Made by a program: the position numbers and the translations under genes
Shown: piece by piece, positions 10,248-20,230 of the stretch
How positions within the stretch are numbered: position 1 is the first letter of the stretch
Layout of the letters: each line of letters starts with the position of its first letter
The notes under the pieces: generated by a model
The model's database searches: none
Told to the model about the DNA's origin: nothing
What the model saw: only the letters and a program-made list of their open reading frames with translations
Origin: an uncultured delta proteobacterium
Lineage (GTDB): Bacteria; Desulfobacterota; Binatia; UBA9968
Length of the DNA stretch: 64,000 nucleotides
NCBI GenBank assembly: GCA_963760795.1
Contig: CAVXEP010000030.1
Coordinates: forward strand, 32,001 to 96,000
Reading direction: 5' to 3'

Positions 10248-10844
10248 CTAAAATACTCTCGGTCTCCACATGTACCAGGTCGGCGTGCCGATGATGTTTT
10301 CTTGGTGGCGCATGACGAAGCCGAATGTTTTGTAGAAATCCGCGTTCTCGGCCCGGTCAGTTTCAAGATAGCCCGCGGCTTTTTCCCGATCGAGATGCTC
10401 AATGTAACGATGCATCAGCGCCGTGCCAATACCTTGCCCCTGCCGTTCGGGCGCGACGCCGATCGGACCGAGGTGCACATGCGGCTCATCGGGATCGAGA
10501 TGGCACCATCGGCCGTACCACCGGATGACTTGCGGGATCGCATCGCCCAACGGTTTGAGCAGTGTCGCCGCCGTGTTGGGAACCTCCTCCGGCGCGGGAA
10601 GACAATAGGGTGCGGCATTAAAATGCATATAGCCGCACACAGCGCCGTCGCGCAACGCAACGAACGCCGGCCCGGTATACATGTTTCTCAGGCCAATGCG
10701 AAAAAAAGTGCGATTTTGATCGAGGCGCCCCGCGCCGAAAGCGGATAGATGAAGCGGACTGGTAACGAACGCTTGGGCCAACATCGAAACACAGTCGTCC
10801 AGGTGCGCAGCGGAATATTTTTCAACGACAATCGACATCTTCAT
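10248..10844 (-). CDS. GNAT family N-acetyltransferase
   Basis: HLGPIGVAPERQGQGIGTALM (acetyl-CoA motif A), YLET...N..FY..FGF. Confidence 0.9.
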   Translation of the reverse strand: MKMSIVVEKYSAAHLDDCVSMLAQAFVTSPLHLSAFGAGRLDQNRTFFRIGLRNMYTGPAFVALRDGAVCGYMHFNAAPYCLPAPEEVPNTAATLLKPLGDAIPQVIRWYGRWCHLDPDEPHVHLGPIGVAPERQGQGIGTALMHRYIEHLDREKAAGYLETDRAENADFYKTFGFVMRHQENIIGTPTWYMWRPRVF

Positions 10845-10896
10845 GCGTCTCAGGAGTTTTTGACTGGCTGCTTAGAAAATACCGGCAATCTCGCGA

Positions 10897-11084
10897 TTGG
10901 ATGCCGTACTTCTCGAAGGCGCCGGTCACCTTGGCCAGTCATAACCCGGTTCCCGCCGGCCCAACCGTCGAATGGCCGAGGCGGAATTTCTTGAGCTCCG
11001 CCGCTTTAGCTTCAACTGCGAGCGGTAAAATGACCAGCAAGCTCAGCAACGCGCGGGCAAATATCGCCACCGATGATTCATCAT
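10897..11084 (-). pseudogene. 5' remnant of a NitT/TauT-type ABC substrate-binding protein
   Basis: Reads LLSLLVILPLAVEAKAAELKKFRLGHSTVGPAGTGL*LAKVTGAFEKYGIQ, with an in-frame TGA at 10939-10941 and a frameshift near the start; truncated. Confidence 0.7.
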
Positions 11085-11664
11085 TTGTTGTCGCTCCGCG
11101 AACTCTCCTGCCTTGTTAGCACGAGTTCTATTTCATGTTTAACGATTGTCTCAAGTTATCAAACACTCAACCTTCTGAGAACTCGTAACTTCACCGCGAA
11201 AAAATATCGGACAGTCTATACTTGGCGGTCTCCATGCTCGCGCTCGCGCACCGGTGTCCACGCCACGCGAAGACTGCGACCAAATGGACGATTTTGACAT
11301 CACAGATTCTGCGATCGGCTGGCAGCAAATATTGTGCCTTAGTTGGGTATGCTGGTAAGGGTCCCTTGCGTTGATTCTAGACCTAACCCTGCCCCCATGC
11401 GTATCGAAACGTGGAAAAACAAAGAAGGGGGTTCGAGCGACTCAGCTGAGCAAGATAACTCAATACTCACTACCCCAACTACGCGGACCCCGACCACGGC
11501 GCTGGAAGACCTGACGCTGAACTTGATTTGCAAGATAGGCAGGTTATAAATGCCCCTGAGCCTAGTTTGACAACTCCCCGGTCCAGCGATACTGCTCGGG
11601 CGAGAAAAAACGTTGGTTTAAGTTTCCTATACATATAATCGGCACAAGACCAGGAGGTAGAGTC

Positions 11665-12261
11665 ATGTCAACCACAACGGAGCGCCCTCTCGCAGATGCG
11701 CTCACCGCAATCAAGTCGCGTCGCTCGGTGAAGGAGTACCTGTCCACCGAGATTCCTCGGGAGTGGATCGAGGAGCTGCTCGACGCCGCCCACTGGGCGC
11801 CCAACCACAAATTGACCCATCCCTGGCGTTTTCACGTGTTCTCCGGAGAGGGGCGCGAGCGATTGGTCGCAGCCCGTCAGGCGTCAGTACGTTGGGCCGC
11901 GGAGAAAAAGGGCGAGCAGGCGAGCGAAGAGGCTCTCAAATTCGCCCGGGATAAGTGTTATTCGTCCCCGGTCCTGATCATCGTTTCCATGGTTGGCGAT
12001 GAGAAAAAAATCACTGACCAGGAGAACTATGCGGCCTGCTGGTGCGCCATTGAGAATCTGCTGGTTGCCGCCAACGCGCGCGGCCTGGGCAGTTATCCCA
12101 GCACGGGCGACTGGATCGACCAAAACTTCGTTGGCCCAGTTCTCGGACTCACAGAAAAAGAACGGCCGGTGGCGTGCATTTTCTTGGGCTACTCCGAGCA
12201 GGCGACCATGGCCAAGCGCCTGCCCGTGGATCGCCATACCACCTGGTACACCCAAGCCTGA
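11665..12261 (+). CDS. Nitroreductase family protein (YdjA-like)
   Basis: IKSRRSVK, WAPNHKLTHPWRF, ENLLVAANARGLGS; AGGAGG RBS. Confidence 0.9.
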   Translation: MSTTTERPLADALTAIKSRRSVKEYLSTEIPREWIEELLDAAHWAPNHKLTHPWRFHVFSGEGRERLVAARQASVRWAAEKKGEQASEEALKFARDKCYSSPVLIIVSMVGDEKKITDQENYAACWCAIENLLVAANARGLGSYPSTGDWIDQNFVGPVLGLTEKERPVACIFLGYSEQATMAKRLPVDRHTTWYTQA

Positions 12262-12322
12262 AGTTCTCACCCGAGTAACTCAGTAAAATCCGCCTCTTGA
12301 GGCGGCCACAAAACTGCTGACA

Positions 12323-12357
12323 AGAGCAAAGGGGGTCGAACACCCCCCCTTTGCTCT
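12323..12357. terminator. Hairpin downstream of the nitroreductase gene
   Basis: AGAGCAAAGGGGG...CCCCCTTTGCTCT inverted repeat. Confidence 0.55.
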
Positions 12358-12402
12358 CGAGTGGGCTTCACCCCGCTCAACAATCCGTTGATTGAGACCA
12401 GC

Positions 12403-12642
12403 TCGCCGGAGTTTGTCAAAGCTGAGATCCATGGGTTTCTCGACTTTGTAATCTTCGCGCACGAGTTTCACCGATTGCACCGCGCCTGAGTGCGCTCATG
12501 ATAAGCGGTCGTCTTTTCGTGCATGCGAGACGGTAGCGCCACTCCTGCGCTGCACTGCGCGGGGCGGAAACCGCTAGCCATTTGGTTGATCACGTCATTG
12601 TCCCGGGTCCCGGTACGCCAATGGGTGCTGAAGTTTCCAATA
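12403..12642 (+). mobile_element. Degenerate IS91-family transposase remnant (zinc-binding domain), copy 1
   Basis: Across frameshifts it reads PEFVKAE..GFLD..IFAHEF.RL...ECAHDK..VFSC...SC...AETASHLVDHVI..VPVRQWVLKFP, matching the IS91 Tnp signature (FVKDEFDAFLECGILAHGFLRLRC...TAAHLVDHVIPxVPVRQWVLS). Confidence 0.75.
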
Positions 12643-12686
12643 TGCAAGATAGTCAGGCTATAAAAGTCTGACTTTGGCTCTTTTCC

Positions 12687-13682
12687 ATGATCGAAGTCGA
12701 CAAACTCACCAAATCCTTCTTCGTCCACAAGAAGGAGGCCGGCCTACTCGGCTCGGTGCGTTCACTATTCAAGCGCGAGAAAATCGAGAAGACCGCGGTG
12801 AGCGAGGTTAGCTTCCGAATCGGCGAGGGGGAAATCGTCGGCCTTGTCGGGGCCAACGGCGCGGGCAAGACGACGCTCGTCAAGATGCTCGCGGGGATCA
12901 TCTTCCCGACTCGCGGCGACGCACGCGTGCTGGGGTATCGGCCGTGGGAGCGGAACGACGACCTGCGGCGACAAATCGCCCTCATCATGGGCCAGAAGGC
13001 ACAACTTTGGTGGGACCTTCCGGCGGCCGATTGCTTTCTGCTGCTGAGGGAAATCTACCGCATCCCAAAGGAGCGCTTCGACGCGACGCTTGGCGAACTC
13101 GTCAAGGTGCTCGACGTGAAAGACCAGCTCAACATCCAGATCCGCCGGCTTTCGCTGGGCGAGCGGATGAAGATGGAGTTGATCGCGGCGCTGCTGCACT
13201 CCCCGCGCGTGGTCTACCTCGACGAGCCAACCATCGGGTTGGACATCACGGCGCAGCGTTCGATCCGCGAGTTCATCCTTCGGTACCAGTCAGAGCGGCG
13301 CCCCGCGATGATACTCACGAGCCATTACATGGAGGACATCGAGCGCCTTTGCCGGCGCATCATGATCATTCGCGACGGGACGATCGTGTACGACGGCAGC
13401 CTGCAGGAAGTCGTGACGGCGTACGCGCAGCACAAGGTCGTGACGGCGCATCTTCCCGAGGGGGCGGAACCGTGGGCGGACCGCGCGGAGTTGGAAAAGC
13501 TAGGCGAGGTGAAGGAGTGCACCGATGGCTCGGTGAAGATCCATGTTCCGCGCGCGAATGTTGCGCAGGCCGCGGCGCGTCTTGTGAATCTCACCAATGC
13601 GCGCGACCTGTCCGTTGAGGAAGAGGACATCGGGACGATCATCGAGTCGATCATGCAGGCGCGCGAGAAGGGACCGCAGTGA
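12687..13682 (+). CDS. ABC-2 exporter ATP-binding subunit
   Basis: Walker A GANGAGKTT, signature LSLGERM, Walker B YLDEPT, H-loop TSH. Confidence 0.93.
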   Translation: MIEVDKLTKSFFVHKKEAGLLGSVRSLFKREKIEKTAVSEVSFRIGEGEIVGLVGANGAGKTTLVKMLAGIIFPTRGDARVLGYRPWERNDDLRRQIALIMGQKAQLWWDLPAADCFLLLREIYRIPKERFDATLGELVKVLDVKDQLNIQIRRLSLGERMKMELIAALLHSPRVVYLDEPTIGLDITAQRSIREFILRYQSERRPAMILTSHYMEDIERLCRRIMIIRDGTIVYDGSLQEVVTAYAQHKVVTAHLPEGAEPWADRAELEKLGEVKECTDGSVKIHVPRANVAQAAARLVNLTNARDLSVEEEDIGTIIESIMQAREKGPQ

Positions 13683-14488
13683 GGCCGCGCCTCTTCTGGT
13701 CGATCACGACGATGCAGGCGCGGAAGATAATGAGTTATCGCGCCGACTTCTGGATCAGCGCCCTCTTCGGTTTCGTGATCCAGATGGGTGTCGTCTATTT
13801 CCTCTGGGACGCGATGTTCCGCGAATCGGGACAGGAGCGGATCGGCGGCTACACGTTCAGGCCGATGTTGATGTACTATGTGATGGTTCTGCTCATCAGT
13901 AAAGTCGTCAACGTGCGGATGGGAGACGGCATGGTTGCGGGTGATATCTACGACGGCGGACTTTCGCGCTACATCCTATATCCGACGAATTACTTTCTCT
14001 TCAAGTTCGCCCAGCGCCTCGGGGACCTCACGCCGGCACTGGTCCAGATCACGGTTTTCGGGACCTTCTGCGCACTGCTTTTCCGCACGCCGGAACTCGA
14101 TATCGACGCGGCGGGCATGCTCATGGGTGCGGTGTCGCTGTTTGCGGCGACGACGCTGATGTTTGCGCTGACGATCCCGTTCGAAACAATCGCGTTCTGG
14201 GCCGACAACGTGTGGAGCCTGAATGTAATGCTCCGATTCGCGGTCCAACTCTTCGGCGGGATGATGATGCCGATGACGCTGTATCCCGAATGGGCGCGCG
14301 CGGCATTGCACTGGCTCCCGTTCCGGTATGTCTTCGACGTCCCGGTCAACGTCATCCTCGGCAGGATCGGCGTCGGCGAGTGGCTGCTCGGGCTGGTTGT
14401 TTGCGCCGGCTGGCTTACCATCGTCTCGGCCGTCACGGCGCTGCTGTGGCGGCGCGGTTCGCGGACCTACACGGGGGTGGGGATGTGA
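13679..14488 (+). CDS. ABC-2 family permease (ABC2_membrane_6-like)
   Basis: YRADFW, DIYDGGLSRYILYP, multiple TM helices; GTGA overlap with the ATPase gene. Confidence 0.85.
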   Translation: MRPRLFWSITTMQARKIMSYRADFWISALFGFVIQMGVVYFLWDAMFRESGQERIGGYTFRPMLMYYVMVLLISKVVNVRMGDGMVAGDIYDGGLSRYILYPTNYFLFKFAQRLGDLTPALVQITVFGTFCALLFRTPELDIDAAGMLMGAVSLFAATTLMFALTIPFETIAFWADNVWSLNVMLRFAVQLFGGMMMPMTLYPEWARAALHWLPFRYVFDVPVNVILGRIGVGEWLLGLVVCAGWLTIVSAVTALLWRRGSRTYTGVGM

Positions 14489-15273
14489 TCCGCTACTTTC
14501 GGCTCTACCTCTATTTTCTGCAATTTTCTTTCAGCCGGGCGATGGAGTTCCGTCTCGATTTCTTTTTTCGAATCGTGATGGATTGCATGTTCTACGTCGT
14601 GCAACTCGCCTTCTTCTTCATCCTGTACGAGCACACGAGGCTGCTGGGGGGATGGAACCTCGATCAGATCATCATCTTCACATCGGCGTGGCTCTTTCTC
14701 GATGCGGTGAACATGACTGTTTTCTCGAACAACATGTGGTGGCTCCCGATCCTGATCAACCGGGGAGACCTGGACTACTATCTGGTGCGCCCCGTTTCGA
14801 CGCTCTTCTTCGTCAGCTTTAGAGATTTCGCGGCGAACTCGTTCGTCAATCTCGTCATCGCAACGGGGATCATGGCGTGGTCGCTGATGCGCTATCCGCA
14901 GTCGTTGGGCGCGGGGCGGGTTCTCCTCTTCTGCGTGATGCTGGCGATCGGCTCGTTCATCTTCTACGTGATCCAGATGGCGTTCCTGATTCCGACTTTT
15001 TGGCTGCATTCCAGCAGTGGGTTCTGGGAGCTGCGCTTTCAGGTCGAGAAGTATGCCGAGCGTCCGGACCAGATTTATTCGCGTTGGCTGCGACGCATTC
15101 TCCTATCCGTCCTGCCGCTCGCGTTTCTGATTTCGGTGCCGACACACGCGCTGTTTTCGGGACTCGACTGGAAGGGCGTGCTGCACACTGTCGTCATCGT
15201 GGTAGGATCCTTCGCGTTCCTCATCGGTTTCTGGAGGCTCGGGCTCCGGTCGTATGTTTCGGCGTCGTCGTGA
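14485..15273 (+). CDS. ABC-2 family permease (second subunit)
   Basis: MEFRLDF, GGWN, GDLDYYLVRPV, C-terminal GLRSYVSASS; GTG start overlaps the previous stop. Confidence 0.85.
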   Translation: MIRYFRLYLYFLQFSFSRAMEFRLDFFFRIVMDCMFYVVQLAFFFILYEHTRLLGGWNLDQIIIFTSAWLFLDAVNMTVFSNNMWWLPILINRGDLDYYLVRPVSTLFFVSFRDFAANSFVNLVIATGIMAWSLMRYPQSLGAGRVLLFCVMLAIGSFIFYVIQMAFLIPTFWLHSSSGFWELRFQVEKYAERPDQIYSRWLRRILLSVLPLAFLISVPTHALFSGLDWKGVLHTVVIVVGSFAFLIGFWRLGLRSYVSASS

Positions 15274-15296
15274 GAATGGCAGCAGGGGCAGCGTTG

Positions 15297-15477
15297 CCAG
15301 CACGGACGACTGGATCGACCAAAACTTCGTCGGCTCAATTCTGGGACTCACAAAGAAAGAGCGGCCGGTGGCTTGAATTTTCTTGGGCTACTCCGAGCCG
15401 GCGACCATGGCCAAGCGCCTGCCCGTGGATCGCCATACCACCTGGTACACCGAGGCTTGAAATTCTCACCTGAGTAA
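15297..15477 (+). pseudogene. Duplicated 3' end of the nitroreductase gene (direct repeat of 12098-12278)
   Basis: 181-nt colinear repeat with about 16 mismatches counted by eye, including a TGC>TGA stop. Confidence 0.92.
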
Positions 15478-15489
15478 AATGGGGCCACC

Positions 15490-15796
15490 GTGCCGGAGTT
15501 TGTCCGAGCCGAGTTCGATGTCTTTCTCGAATTCGGAGTCGTCGCGCACGAGTTTCTCCGACTGCGCCGCAACTGGGGTATCAGACTGTGTCGCGATACC
15601 GTTCATGGTTCGAGAACCTCACCACGAACGGTATTGCTGAGTCGTGAATTAAAATACTTATCCGTTCGCCCTGAGCTACCGTCGAAGGGCTCCGAGATAT
15701 TGCCAGACACTGTGGTGCGCGGCGCAGGGCGGAAACCGCCGCCCACTTGCTTGATCACGTCATCCCCTGGTCCCGGTGCGCCAATGGGTGCTATCG
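15490..15796 (+). mobile_element. Degenerate IS91-family transposase remnant, copy 2, interrupted by a MITE-like element
   Basis: VPEFVRAEFDVFLEFGVVAHEFLRLR ... CGARRRAETAAHLLDHVIP.VPVRQWVLS; homologous to 12403-12642. Confidence 0.75.
15582..15712. repeat. REP/MITE-like palindromic element
   Basis: Hairpin ACCGTTCATGGTTCGAGAACCTCACCACGAACGGT (15598-15632) and related unit CCGTTCGCCCTGAGCTACCGTCGAAGGG (15662-15689); imperfect terminal inverted repeats; absent from IS91 copy 1. Confidence 0.6.
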
Positions 15797-15950
15797 ACTG
15801 TTGACCATCAACCAACTTTGCGTCAATAGGATAGGTAGATTTCGCAAAGCGGTCCAGATCGCGCAAGGGGTTAATTGCTGGAAACATAACCGTTTTTTCT
15901 GCCGGCATCTTTCGCCAAGTTTGCCGATAAACAGCCGCGAGGCAGCACCT

Positions 15951-17156
15951 ATGAAACGAAGCATGGAACGAATTCTCACTACCCATGTCGGCAGTCTGCC
16001 GCGGCCGGTTGACCTGCGCGCCATGTGGGCGAAGAAATCTAGTGCAGCTGAGGACGAAGCCGCACTGCAATCGCGGCTGCGCTCCGCCATCGGCGAGGTC
16101 GTGCTGGCGCAGCAAAGCGCCGGCATCGATATTCCGAACGACGGCGAGTTCGGCAAGCCCATGCGCGCCGCCACCGACCGCGGCGCTTGGGGCAACTATA
16201 TCTTCGACCGCCTCTCCGGCTTCACGGCAACTTCGCCGCAGACCATCGCGCCCGATACCGCCGCGCCCGGAGCAGCGATGCGCGTCGTCGGCGTGCGCTG
16301 GGAACAACGCGAGTTCGCTGAATTCTACGCCGACACCGGACTCGGCGCACCGAGCACCGCCGCCATGCGGCCAACCTGCACCGGACCCCTCGCCTACACC
16401 GGGCAAACTTTTTTGCGCGAGCAGCTTGCGAGCTTAAAGGCCGCTACCTATGGCGCCGGCATCGGCGAAGCATTCGTCAGCGCCATCGCCCCCGGCAGCC
16501 TGGAGATGTTCTGCCGCGATCAGAACAGTTATTACCCGACAACTGAGAAATTCTTGGAAGCGCTCGCCGCCGCGCTGCGCGAAGAATATCGCGCGATCAT
16601 CGACGCCGGGTTCATCTTGCAACTCGACGATCCCGGCTTGCCCGGCGCCTGGGACATGCTCGATCCGCAGCCAAGCGTCGAGGAGTACCGACGCTACGCA
16701 TCGCAGCGCGTCGAGATTTTGAATCACGCGCTCGATGGCATCCCGATGGAGCGCGTGCGCTTTCACATCTGCTGGGGCAGCTGGCATGGTCCGCACACCA
16801 CTGATTTTCCGCTGCGCGACATCGTCGATATCATGCTCAGGGTCAACGCCCAGGCGTACCTGGTCGAAGCCGGCAACGTCCGCCACGAACATGAATACAA
16901 AGTTTGGCGCGACGTGAAATTGCCCGCCGGAAAAATTCTCATCCCGGGAGTCGTCAGCCACTCCACCGATCTCATCGAGCACCCCGAACTGGTGGCCGAC
17001 CGTATCGTCGCCTTCGCTGAAATCGTCGGGAGAGAAAACGTCATCGCCGGCACCGATTGCGGCCTAGGCGGTCGCGTGCATCCGCAAATCGCCTGGGCCA
17101 AGCTGCGTGTGCTGGGCGAAGGCGCGGCGATCGCGAGCAAGAAGCTGTGGAGCTGA
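15951..17156 (+). CDS. Cobalamin-independent methionine synthase II family (MetE C-terminal-like) protein
   Basis: ILTTHVGSLPRP, NDGEFGK, LQLDDP, Zn ligands HICWG and AGTDCG. Confidence 0.88.
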   Translation: MKRSMERILTTHVGSLPRPVDLRAMWAKKSSAAEDEAALQSRLRSAIGEVVLAQQSAGIDIPNDGEFGKPMRAATDRGAWGNYIFDRLSGFTATSPQTIAPDTAAPGAAMRVVGVRWEQREFAEFYADTGLGAPSTAAMRPTCTGPLAYTGQTFLREQLASLKAATYGAGIGEAFVSAIAPGSLEMFCRDQNSYYPTTEKFLEALAAALREEYRAIIDAGFILQLDDPGLPGAWDMLDPQPSVEEYRRYASQRVEILNHALDGIPMERVRFHICWGSWHGPHTTDFPLRDIVDIMLRVNAQAYLVEAGNVRHEHEYKVWRDVKLPAGKILIPGVVSHSTDLIEHPELVADRIVAFAEIVGRENVIAGTDCGLGGRVHPQIAWAKLRVLGEGAAIASKKLWS

Positions 17157-17355
17157 GATTAGGAAAGATTCGGAGGATGGTTAGGAGTGAAAGATCTGAA
17201 TGCAGATACTTCCCTCCCCCTTCCTGTTGCTGGATTCGCAATGGGTCGATCAAGGGAACTTCGTGAGTGGGATTTGAACCCCTTTGGCAACCCCGCAGTT
17301 TTATGCCCGCTTAAGAGGCGGGGATTATAGGAATTAACCTAATGAGGAGACCTGA

Positions 17356-18000
17356 ATGAAAATCGCTCTTTACTACGCCCCCAACACCTGCGCGCTCGCT
17401 CCCTATGTCACGCTGACCGAAGCGGGCGCCGACTTCGAGGTCCGGCCGCTCAATTTCCGCAAGCGGCAGAATTTCTCGCCCGAGTATCTAAAACTAAACC
17501 CGAAGCACAAGGTGCCTGCGCTCGTGGTCGACGGCAAGATACTGACCGAGAACGTCGCCATCCATCAATGGGTCCATCGGACCTTCCCCAACGCGAAGAT
17601 CCTGCCCGCCGATCCATGGGATCAGTTGCAGGCGATCTCGCTGCACGCCTGGTGTGCCAGCGGCATTCACCCCTATCTCAGCCGGATCAACAACCCGCCA
17701 AAGGTCTCTGACGCAACCGGCGCGTCCGACAGCGTCATTAAGTTTGCGACAGAAGGACTGTTCGAGAACTTCCGGATCGCCGACGATTTGCTGGCCGGGC
17801 GTGAGTACTTCTTCGATCACTTTACCGCCCCGGACGCGCACTTCTTTTGGTGCTGCCGCCGCGCCAGCCAGTTGGAGGTAAACATCTCCGGCTTCCCCAA
17901 CGTCGTCGCGCATTTCCAGCGCATGCAGGAGCGCCCGAGCGTCAAGAAGCTGATCGCCTACGAGAAAGAAATTAATGAATCGTTTGCCAAGACGGCCTAG
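17356..18000 (+). CDS. Glutathione S-transferase family protein (beta-class-like)
   Basis: LYYAPNTCA, LNPKHKVPAL, LTENVAI, FTAPDAH. Confidence 0.9.
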   Translation: MKIALYYAPNTCALAPYVTLTEAGADFEVRPLNFRKRQNFSPEYLKLNPKHKVPALVVDGKILTENVAIHQWVHRTFPNAKILPADPWDQLQAISLHAWCASGIHPYLSRINNPPKVSDATGASDSVIKFATEGLFENFRIADDLLAGREYFFDHFTAPDAHFFWCCRRASQLEVNISGFPNVVAHFQRMQERPSVKKLIAYEKEINESFAKTA

Positions 18001-18082
18001 ACAACCACAGCAACTTCGATTGTTCGATGGCCGACCTACTCAAAAGGAAATTCCTATAATCTATCATTTGAAGGAGAGCTTC

Positions 18083-18862
18083 GTGGCGAAACGACGAAAC
18101 CCATCAATGCTTGTCATCATCAGCTGCGCCCTGGCACTGTCGACCGGCTGTGCGACGCAACAGGAGTTGACGCCTATGCGGGCAGCCGAGACGCCGCTGA
18201 TCGCTAAGGGGCGGGCGCTCTTCAACGACGTGAAGCTGTCGGCAGATGGCAACTGGTCGTGTGCTTCCTGCCATCCGAATCACGGTCACACCAACAACAA
18301 GACGTACGTCGGGCTTGGCGTCGTGCCGGACGGCGACCCAAATGGGCGCAGCACGCCGACGCTTTGGGGCGCGGGCACCCGGCAGGCATTCTCATGGGCG
18401 GGCACTGCCCCGAGCCTGCAGGCCAATATGCGCGGTATCATCGTCAATCGCATGAAGGGACCGGAGCCTTCGGCGGAGACGCTGGATGCCCTGGAAGCCT
18501 ACGTGAAGTCCCTCGGCTATCCGCCAAACCCCAACTTGAACTCCGATGGAACTCCGTCGGCTGTGGCGCCCGCCGCGGCCAAGCGCGGATACAACGTCTT
18601 CGTCCGGGCGGGCTGTCAGGCGTGCCATCTTCCGCCGACCTTCGACAAGAAGGAAGTGGAGGAGGTCTTCTCCGGAGGAAAGTTCAAGGTTCCCTCGCTG
18701 CGCGTGGTCTCTCTTACCGCCCCGTATTTTCACGACGGCCGCTTCGCCACGCTCGAGCAGACCGTTCGCTTCATGTGGGAGTTCGTGCAAAAGGCGGGAA
18801 CTACAGAAAAGCTAACGGAGAACGATCTGCGCGACCTGGTGGAGTACCTGCGCATCCTGTGA
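18083..18862 (+). CDS. Di-heme cytochrome c (cytochrome c peroxidase/MauG-like) lipoprotein
   Basis: Two CxxCH motifs (CASCH, CQACH), FKVPSLR...TAPYFHDGR, lipobox LSTGC. Confidence 0.82.
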   Translation: MAKRRNPSMLVIISCALALSTGCATQQELTPMRAAETPLIAKGRALFNDVKLSADGNWSCASCHPNHGHTNNKTYVGLGVVPDGDPNGRSTPTLWGAGTRQAFSWAGTAPSLQANMRGIIVNRMKGPEPSAETLDALEAYVKSLGYPPNPNLNSDGTPSAVAPAAAKRGYNVFVRAGCQACHLPPTFDKKEVEEVFSGGKFKVPSLRVVSLTAPYFHDGRFATLEQTVRFMWEFVQKAGTTEKLTENDLRDLVEYLRIL

Positions 18863-19008
18863 GCAGCCCGGCCGGGAGGAAATGCCAACAGAGAAAGTCT
18901 GAGGGTCAGCCGTGATATTTTATCGGTTCTGCTAGAAACCCCTCAAGTTTTTGTTTGTTCATTTAAATCTACGTTGACAAGCGACGATATCGCCTTCATC
19001 GTTTTCTC

Positions 19009-19068
19009 GTCAAAAAGCTGCTCGCCTACGAGAAAGAAGTGAATGCAGGGTTGGCCAAGACAACCTAG
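19009..19068 (+). pseudogene. Duplicated 3' end of the GST gene 17356-18000 (remnant 1)
   Basis: VKKLLAYEKEVNAGLAKTT* versus VKKLIAYEKEINESFAKTA* (17941-18000), 60 nt colinear. Confidence 0.85.
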
Positions 19069-19271
19069 GCGAGTTGCGCAGATCACATGCAGTTGCAGAG
19101 AAGAAGTATACCCCCTGTACCGTACGAGGACGAGAAGATAGAATCAGCGAGAGGCGGCCCATCAAGCGGCCCATTTGCATTCAAGCCGGACAGCAAATGT
19201 TTTTGAACTGTTATTAATTTAAGATTCGACTGTGAATCGTTCTCGGGAGTAACGTGCCAGGAACCGCAACC

Positions 19272-20225
19272 ATGATCGGCCGATCAAGCTTCCGCATTCG
19301 AGCTCTTTTGCTGATCGTGCTCATGACGCATTTGGCCGGCTGTGCGCGCCGGTTTCCGGCGACTGAAGTCACGCCGATAAAGGCCGCATACGCCGCCGAG
19401 CTCCAGCGATATCTATTGTCTAACAAGCGCGACGTAGCGCAATTCAGGTTGCGCGGGCCCTTTGCCGTCATCGAGCGCAGAGACCTGGAAATCCCGCTGG
19501 CTGCCGGTCTCACGGTGGCAGCGGATTTATACCTGTGCGGGGCAGCCCTCAAGGCTCCTCTGATCATCGTGTTGCACGGTCACGACAATTCCAAGGAGGA
19601 CCATGCCTTCCAAGCGATGCACTTGGCCTCCTGGGGTATGCATAGCATTGCTCTCAACTTGCCCAAACACGGCCCGTGGATCGCCAACGGCAGAACCCTT
19701 GCCAGGCTCGTCGACGCCATTCATCGGACGCCGCAGCTGGTCGACGGCCGCATAGACGCGGACAAGATCATCCTGGTGGGCCACTCATTCGGCGCAACCG
19801 CCGTCGCCACCGCGTTGGGGGAACGCGCCCCCGCACTGGGCGGCGTGCTGCTCGATCCCGCCGGGATCGGCCGGCAATTGCCGCAGTTGCTGCAGCGGAT
19901 CACCGTTCCGGTGATGGTGATCGGGGCCGACGAGGACATCCGGCCGACCCGCAACCGCGGGCAATTTTACCGCTTCATTCCGGCCGCTGTCGGCGAGATC
20001 TCGATCCGGGACACGCTCCACGAAGATGCGCAGTATCCGAACCAGCACACGCTGCGCCCATTCGAAGACGACCCGGATGATACCGAGGAAGCGCAGATTG
20101 CATTCGTCAGCGCGCTGACCGCCTCCGCCTTCGGTCTTGCGGCCGCCGGCACCATAGACTATGGCTGGGACAGCTTTGAACAAGCCATTAAGAACGGCAC
20201 GTTTTTCAACGCGCGGAGGAAGTAA
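19272..20225 (+). CDS. Alpha/beta hydrolase lipoprotein (chlorophyllase/dienelactone hydrolase-like)
   Basis: Lipobox LAGC, oxyanion LHG, nucleophile GHSFG, LLDP. Confidence 0.8.
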   Translation: MIGRSSFRIRALLLIVLMTHLAGCARRFPATEVTPIKAAYAAELQRYLLSNKRDVAQFRLRGPFAVIERRDLEIPLAAGLTVAADLYLCGAALKAPLIIVLHGHDNSKEDHAFQAMHLASWGMHSIALNLPKHGPWIANGRTLARLVDAIHRTPQLVDGRIDADKIILVGHSFGATAVATALGERAPALGGVLLDPAGIGRQLPQLLQRITVPVMVIGADEDIRPTRNRGQFYRFIPAAVGEISIRDTLHEDAQYPNQHTLRPFEDDPDDTEEAQIAFVSALTASAFGLAAAGTIDYGWDSFEQAIKNGTFFNARRK

Positions 20226-20230
20226 TCGTC

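Noticed and set aside
17262-17298. Minus-strand GGGTTCAAATCCC resembling a tRNA T-arm
   Set aside because: No D-arm, anticodon arm or acceptor pairing can be built; at most a fragment, and chance is plausible.
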